Below are positions 37,212-41,947 of a DNA stretch of 41,947 nucleotides, one piece after another. Position 1 is the stretch's first letter; the number at the start of each line of letters is the position of its first letter. The position numbers and the translations under genes are program-made. Under the pieces are notes generated by a model. The model was not told where the DNA came from. It was given only the letters and a program-made list of their open reading frames with translations, and did not search any database. The DNA is taken from assembly GCA_036787395.1 (NCBI GenBank), contig DAIQPL010000003.1:1-41947 (forward strand), in the 5' to 3' direction. Origin of the DNA: Flavisolibacter sp. GTDB taxonomy: Bacteria > Bacteroidota > Bacteroidia > Chitinophagales > Chitinophagaceae.

Positions 37212-39109
37212 TATTTTTTATTTGATTGGACAATCGTCCACCGCACCAGGTCTTCTGCCGCTTTATAATTATCAAATTCAAAAGACGGCCGGCGCCCATC
37301 AACATATTCATTATATAACCACGGATCACCAATAATAAACACAGTGCCTTTACCATATTTGATTGTTGCCGCCACATTCTTTCCTTCTTTTGTAAGAATG
37401 GCAGTAGCAGGACTACTTAACTCCAGGGTCGCTAGTTCTTTGATGAATACTTTGCTGGCGGTTTTAAATACAGGGTTTTTTGCTGACACGGGTATTGCTC
37501 CTTGCTCGTATTGATTGTTGATAACAGGGTTAAAGAGATCGATATTAAACCGCACACCAAACTTTGAAGCAAGGACATTGAAGTTTCTTAATTCAGCATT
37601 AGAGGAATCGTTTGCCATTAATACCAGTACTCCGCCTGACTTAACCCAGGCTGCAATAACATCTGCAGCAGCAGCATTCATAAAGTTGGGTTTTGCTGTT
37701 TCCTTTTCTGTGTCAGGATCAACAATGATATAAATGTTGGCGTCTTTTAAATTTTTTGCTGTAGGTGAGGCTTCCAGGTATTTTGTTTGGACGCCATGCC
37801 TGTTAAAAATATCACCCAACATTGAAAACCCGCTATTGCTTTTATCATCCCAGGTATAATGAAATCGCACCTGTTTCCCGGTAACATCTTTTTTCCACTC
37901 GTTGTTGAAATAATAATCCAGTAAAACGGTTTTGCCTTTACCCTCAGACAGGGTTGGCACCATTTCCATTTCTACTGCTGCGTTAATAAAAGCACCCATG
38001 CCTTTTGGATCATTTACAATCACCGGCTCGCTCATATAATAAGCGAAACTTCCGTCGCGATAAGGATTGCCACCTAAACCTGAAACGCTTACTGTACCAT
38101 GCAGGTTCACCTGCCCATTCTCGGTTCTGATGAACTGTTTTAAAATTCCATCATAACCCTTTTTTGCATTGGCTAAATAGGAAGAAGGCAAATAACCTTT
38201 GCGTACTCCTTTTGCTAAGGTGTATACCAACATAGATGAAGCAGACGCTTCAAAATAATTTTTTTGTTCGGTAGGTTTATTGGGAACATCGTACCACAAG
38301 CCTGTTTTTTGATCCTGAACTTGCGTAACAGCTTTTGCAAAGCGGCCTAAAATTTTTATGATAGAATCTTTGCCTGGATGGTTTTCGGGAAAATAATCCA
38401 ACGCATCAACCATAGCCATTCCATACCAGCCCAAAGCCCTTCCCCATACGTTGGGTGAAAGACCGGTTTTTTTGTCAGCCCATTTCTGTTGTTTTGATTC
38501 ATCCCATCCATGATATAACAAACCTGTTTTGGAATCTCTTGCATGACGCTCCATCAAAATAAACTGGCGGGCAATATCATTAAAGGCAGTGTCTTCATGA
38601 AAGAGCATTGCGTATTCAGCATAAAAAGGTTGCCCCATATACAAACCATCCAGCCACATTTGAAAGGGATAGACTTTCTTATGCCAGAAACCTCCCTCCG
38701 AGGTACGTGGATGTGTTCTTAACTGGTCACGCAAAAGGTCAGCCGCTTTTTTATATTTGTCTTTACCCGTTACGCGGTATAAAAGCAAAAGCAGCTTACC
38801 GTTATTCACATGGTCAATATTATATTCATCGGGTCTGTATCCTTTGATGGTTCCGTCCTCCTGCACATAAAAATCAATGCTCTTTTGAATATAATTGTAC
38901 CATTTCCCTTCACCAGTTGCATTCCAGATACCTTCAATACCTTCTAGAATAACACCCTGGTCATATCGCCATTTAGCAGCTTTGTCGCCTTCAAGAACAA
39001 AGGAATCTTTCCATAGGTTCATGGCCGTGGTGGCAACCTGCTGCGACCATTTTTGAGCCGACAAATGTGTAGCGGCAAGCAAAAAAATTATCGTTAATAG
39101 TTTCTTCAT
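37211..39109 (-). CDS. GH105 unsaturated rhamnogalacturonyl hydrolase fused to a C-terminal alpha/beta (DUF4350-like) domain
   Basis: WRYDQG, GGFWHK, QMWLDGLYM, LYHGWDES, WGRALGW, EASAS; about 240 extra C-terminal residues. Confidence 0.88.
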   Translation of the reverse strand: MKKLLTIIFLLAATHLSAQKWSQQVATTAMNLWKDSFVLEGDKAAKWRYDQGVILEGIEGIWNATGEGKWYNYIQKSIDFYVQEDGTIKGYRPDEYNIDHVNNGKLLLLLYRVTGKDKYKKAADLLRDQLRTHPRTSEGGFWHKKVYPFQMWLDGLYMGQPFYAEYAMLFHEDTAFNDIARQFILMERHARDSKTGLLYHGWDESKQQKWADKKTGLSPNVWGRALGWYGMAMVDALDYFPENHPGKDSIIKILGRFAKAVTQVQDQKTGLWYDVPNKPTEQKNYFEASASSMLVYTLAKGVRKGYLPSSYLANAKKGYDGILKQFIRTENGQVNLHGTVSVSGLGGNPYRDGSFAYYMSEPVIVNDPKGMGAFINAAVEMEMVPTLSEGKGKTVLLDYYFNNEWKKDVTGKQVRFHYTWDDKSNSGFSMLGDIFNRHGVQTKYLEASPTAKNLKDANIYIIVDPDTEKETAKPNFMNAAAADVIAAWVKSGGVLVLMANDSSNAELRNFNVLASKFGVRFNIDLFNPVINNQYEQGAIPVSAKNPVFKTASKVFIKELATLELSSPATAILTKEGKNVAATIKYGKGTVFIIGDPWLYNEYVDGRRPSFEFDNYKAAEDLVRWTIVQSNKK

Positions 39110-39151
39110 TTTGTTTTATGTAGTCAGCTTTTAGTTCGTCTATCGGTTGTT

Positions 39152-39171
39152 GTTGCGTCGCACTCGTGTAC
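39152..39171. repeat. Dispersed intergenic 20-mer, copy 2
   Basis: GTTGCGTCGCACTCGTGTAC; same orientation as copy 1. Confidence 0.75.
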
Positions 39172-39232
39172 TTCTATAATTCTATTGAACAATACCAACT
39201 TTGACTGAAATCGAGAATTCGGTTGGAACTGG

Positions 39233-40873
39233 TTATTGCATCTTCACGGCTGTTTGTGCTGCCCCATAACTGAACTCAATTCCTTTTTTTGCTTTGGTTA
39301 CATCAGTTCCATTCACATTAATGTCCTTGCTCTTTTCTCCGCTTACATTCAGCAGCAATTCCGCATTATTGATATAGCTGATGTTTTCCAGTTTTATTCG
39401 TTGGCTGTTATGAATATTTAAAACAGGGTTTGTTTCTTTTGTTAGCACCTGTACATTTTTTAGAGTAATATCAGTGCCCTCTGTCATATCCAAACCTTGC
39501 CTGGCCTGAATCACCAGGTTTTGCATAACTATATTCCTGACGTTCATTTCCGGTAAGCCCCGTACGAAAATGGCTTTCTCTGCGCCACTGGCAACTACAT
39601 TACTAATGTAAATATTTTTGAACTGCGGGGTTTCCTCTGTAACAGGTTTTGTTTCTACTTTAGGTGGCTCTCTTTTTTCACCCGCCAGCGGAACGGGATC
39701 CTGCGCTGCATAATACATGTCAAATAAAATGGCCTCACCAACAATGTCTTTCATAGTGATATTATTCACATAAATATTCTCTACAACACCTCCTCTTCCT
39801 CTTGTTGTTTTAAATCGCAAACCAATATCTGTTCCAATGAAGGTGCAATCGTCTACCCAAATATTTTTTGCGCCGCCACTCATTTCGCTTCCAATAACAA
39901 AGCCACCATGTGCAGCGTAAACAGTGCAGTTGCGGACAACAACATCCTGTGTAGGCATGCCTCTTTTTCTCCCTTCGGCATCCCGTCCCGATTTTATGCA
40001 GATACCATCATCGCCAACATCAAACGTGCTATTTTCGATGAGAACATTTTTACAGCTTTCCAAATCAATTCCATCACCGTTTTGCGCATACCAGGGATTT
40101 TTGACGCTCACATTACGAACAACAATATTTTCGCTCATCAGGGGATGCAAACACCAGGCGGGAGAATTTTGAAAAGTGATACCTTCCAACAATATTTTAT
40201 TGCACCTGGTCAGTACCAACAAATTGGGACGAAGGAAGTCTTTTATACTTTGGTAAAATTCGTCTGTTTTGCCAACTTCAATTTGCCCGGGATTTTTTAA
40301 GGCAGCACCTTTGAAAGACTTTTCTGAGGGATACCAGGTTTTTTTGTCTTCGCTTAACATTCCTCCTGAGGATACCAGTTTTTTCCATTGGGTTTCAGTA
40401 AGCTTATCTTTTTTCACCATTCGCCAGGCTTCACCACCGCCATCAATAATTCCATAACCTGTGATAGCGATATTTGTAGCATTCATGGCTGAGACAGGTG
40501 ACTGGTTGCGCATTTGAGGAATGCCTTCCCAGTTGCCTTCTACTAACGGGTATTGATTGAAATCCTTTGTGAACTGCAGGACAGCGTTGCGTTGTAAATG
40601 AAGATTGACGTTCGTTTTTAAAACAACAGGCCCGGTAAGCCACATACCAGCAGGCACTACTACAATGCCGCCGCCTTTTTTACTGCAGGCGTCAATGGCA
40701 TTGTTGATACTTTTTGTATTAAGCGAAATTCCATCTGCACGGGCACCATACTTTATTATGTTGAAACTGTCTTTTTTAAAAGACGTGTTCTGCACTACAG
40801 GTTTTTTGTTTTGTGCCAGCAGAGACATTGTAGCCAAGGTAAACAAAGCCACGGAGAGAAGACTCTTATTCAT
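39233..40873 (-). CDS. GH28 polygalacturonase-family glycoside hydrolase, secreted
   Basis: NGDG, GDD, HGG and RFK motifs; ATG 40873 gives signal peptide MNKSLLSVALFTLATMSLLAQ. Confidence 0.92.
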   Translation of the reverse strand: MNKSLLSVALFTLATMSLLAQNKKPVVQNTSFKKDSFNIIKYGARADGISLNTKSINNAIDACSKKGGGIVVVPAGMWLTGPVVLKTNVNLHLQRNAVLQFTKDFNQYPLVEGNWEGIPQMRNQSPVSAMNATNIAITGYGIIDGGGEAWRMVKKDKLTETQWKKLVSSGGMLSEDKKTWYPSEKSFKGAALKNPGQIEVGKTDEFYQSIKDFLRPNLLVLTRCNKILLEGITFQNSPAWCLHPLMSENIVVRNVSVKNPWYAQNGDGIDLESCKNVLIENSTFDVGDDGICIKSGRDAEGRKRGMPTQDVVVRNCTVYAAHGGFVIGSEMSGGAKNIWVDDCTFIGTDIGLRFKTTRGRGGVVENIYVNNITMKDIVGEAILFDMYYAAQDPVPLAGEKREPPKVETKPVTEETPQFKNIYISNVVASGAEKAIFVRGLPEMNVRNIVMQNLVIQARQGLDMTEGTDITLKNVQVLTKETNPVLNIHNSQRIKLENISYINNAELLLNVSGEKSKDINVNGTDVTKAKKGIEFSYGAAQTAVKMQ

Positions 40874-41023
40874 ATAACACACTCCATCAAATTTTAAAAA
40901 GGCTACACAGCCAAAGCCGTATAGCCCTAAATAAACGACTGCTTCTAAAACGATTGAAAATGCTTTCAATACAAGTCTACTTATATATTGGGGTATAGCA
41001 AGGAGAATTGACGCCTTTTTTTA

Positions 41024-41050
41024 CGCAATCGTTACCGAAAACGTTTCCGG
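41024..41050. promoter_or_regulatory. Tandem putative LacI-family operators upstream of the pectin cluster
   Basis: CCGAAAACGTTTCCGG (41035-41050, near-palindrome with central CG) overlapping a weaker CGCAATCGTTACCG (41024-41037). Confidence 0.65.
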
Positions 41051-41394
41051 AAAATCGAATTTTATATTTTCTGTTTTTTAACCGTTTCTCAGGGATTTAG
41101 AGGCAAGGCAAGCATCGTTAAACAAGATGACCCGTTCTGTAATTCGATTTTGCTATTGTTATAATACGGGCTTGATGTTATTCCTAGAGCGATGCCGGAA
41201 AAAGCTATTGTTGACTCCGGTAGAGAATACGTTTCTATTTAATTTCAAAAAGTGAGCAAAAAGATGGTTACTAACGGAGCAAGCGAAATGATGAACGTAA
41301 GAAAATTCGACGCAACCAATAATTATCTGTTTGATTTTACAAGAGGAGCTATTGTAAAAACACGGTTTAATGTAAGCAGGAAGAAGTATTAGTA

Positions 41395-41427
41395 AGCAAC
41401 ACCGGATTGAGTCAATGCGGTGTTGCT
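41395..41427 (-). terminator. Hairpin downstream of the SWIB gene
   Basis: Perfect 10-bp stem AGCAACACCG/CGGTGTTGCT, 7 nt past the stop; weak U-tract. Confidence 0.65.
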
Positions 41428-41434
41428 GTTTGCA

Positions 41435-41842
41435 TTATTTTACATGTTTATTGACCACTTTAGCCAGTTCAAACATGGAGATCTGGTCTTTACCAAAGAT
41501 GGGTTTTAGCTTTCCATCTGCATTGATCATCCTGCGGTTGTTTTTATCCTGCAGGTTATTCTTTTTAATATAGTCCCACATCTTTCTTACAATCTCTGTT
41601 CTTGGAAGGGGTTTATTGCCAATGACCTCTGCCAGCGTATTGCTTAGTGTAAGAGGAGCCATAAAGGCTGCATTGGGCTTTCTTGCTGACTTTTTGGGAG
41701 CTGCTTTCTTTGCCGCTTTTTTAGGTGCTGCTTTCTTTGCTGCTTTTTTAGGAGCTGCTTTTTTTGCCCCCTTTTTTGCAGCCGCTTTCTTAGGTGCTGC
41801 CTTTTTTGTTTTAGTAGCCGCTTTCTTTGAAGCTTTTGCCAT
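41435..41842 (-). CDS. SWIB/MDM2-domain protein with histone H1-like Lys/Ala-rich N-terminal tail
   Basis: KKAAPKK x4 followed by LAEVIG..PLPRTEIVRKMWDYIKKNNLQD...ISMFEL. Confidence 0.92.
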   Translation of the reverse strand: MAKASKKAATKTKKAAPKKAAAKKGAKKAAPKKAAKKAAPKKAAKKAAPKKSARKPNAAFMAPLTLSNTLAEVIGNKPLPRTEIVRKMWDYIKKNNLQDKNNRRMINADGKLKPIFGKDQISMFELAKVVNKHVK

Positions 41843-41947
41843 AATGATTAGAATTTAAATGGTTAGTAAAAATCGTCCGATTTCACCTACTAATTTACTG
41901 CTATCCCGCTACCACGCCTAAAAGAGTTTTCCCTAGCATGTTGGTAT

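Noticed and set aside
23681..40877. Many 60-154 aa alternative-frame or antisense ORFs within the pectin cluster
   Set aside because: All overlap well-supported genes and show no family motifs.
40874..40969. N-terminal extension of the GH28 ORF
   Set aside because: The downstream ATG at 40873 gives a clean signal peptide; the extension is probably untranslated.
41051..41394. Long intergenic region checked for a riboswitch or sRNA
   Set aside because: No recognisable RNA motif by eye; an Rfam search would be needed to exclude one.

Overview
Genomic window from a Bacteroidota bacterium, probably Chitinophagaceae (judged from gene content and lipoprotein style). It has three blocks. (1) 1-7440 is a xylan/xylose locus: xylA, an SSS transporter and a GH3 gene on the minus strand, divergent from a LacI regulator and a lipoprotein GH10 xylanase. 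(2) 7.7-23 kb is accessory DNA: tandem globins, an FAD/Fe-S oxidoreductase, rhodanese, MFS, aldo-keto reductase and a run of short, mostly exported proteins, including an uncalled 44-aa lipoprotein and a truncated hydrolase. (3) 23-41 kb is a co-oriented pectin/hexuronate cluster: GH28, GH105 fusion, CE8, uxaB, uxaA, uxaC, gapN, kdgK, yhcH, eda, exuT, kduI, an SDR and a frameshifted secreted yhcH paralog. A solo Y1 (IS200-like) transposase with symmetric double-hairpin ends interrupts this cluster. The window ends with a histone-H1-like/SWIB fusion gene. No rRNA, tRNA or CRISPR array was seen. All assignments come from manual motif recognition; no searches were run.
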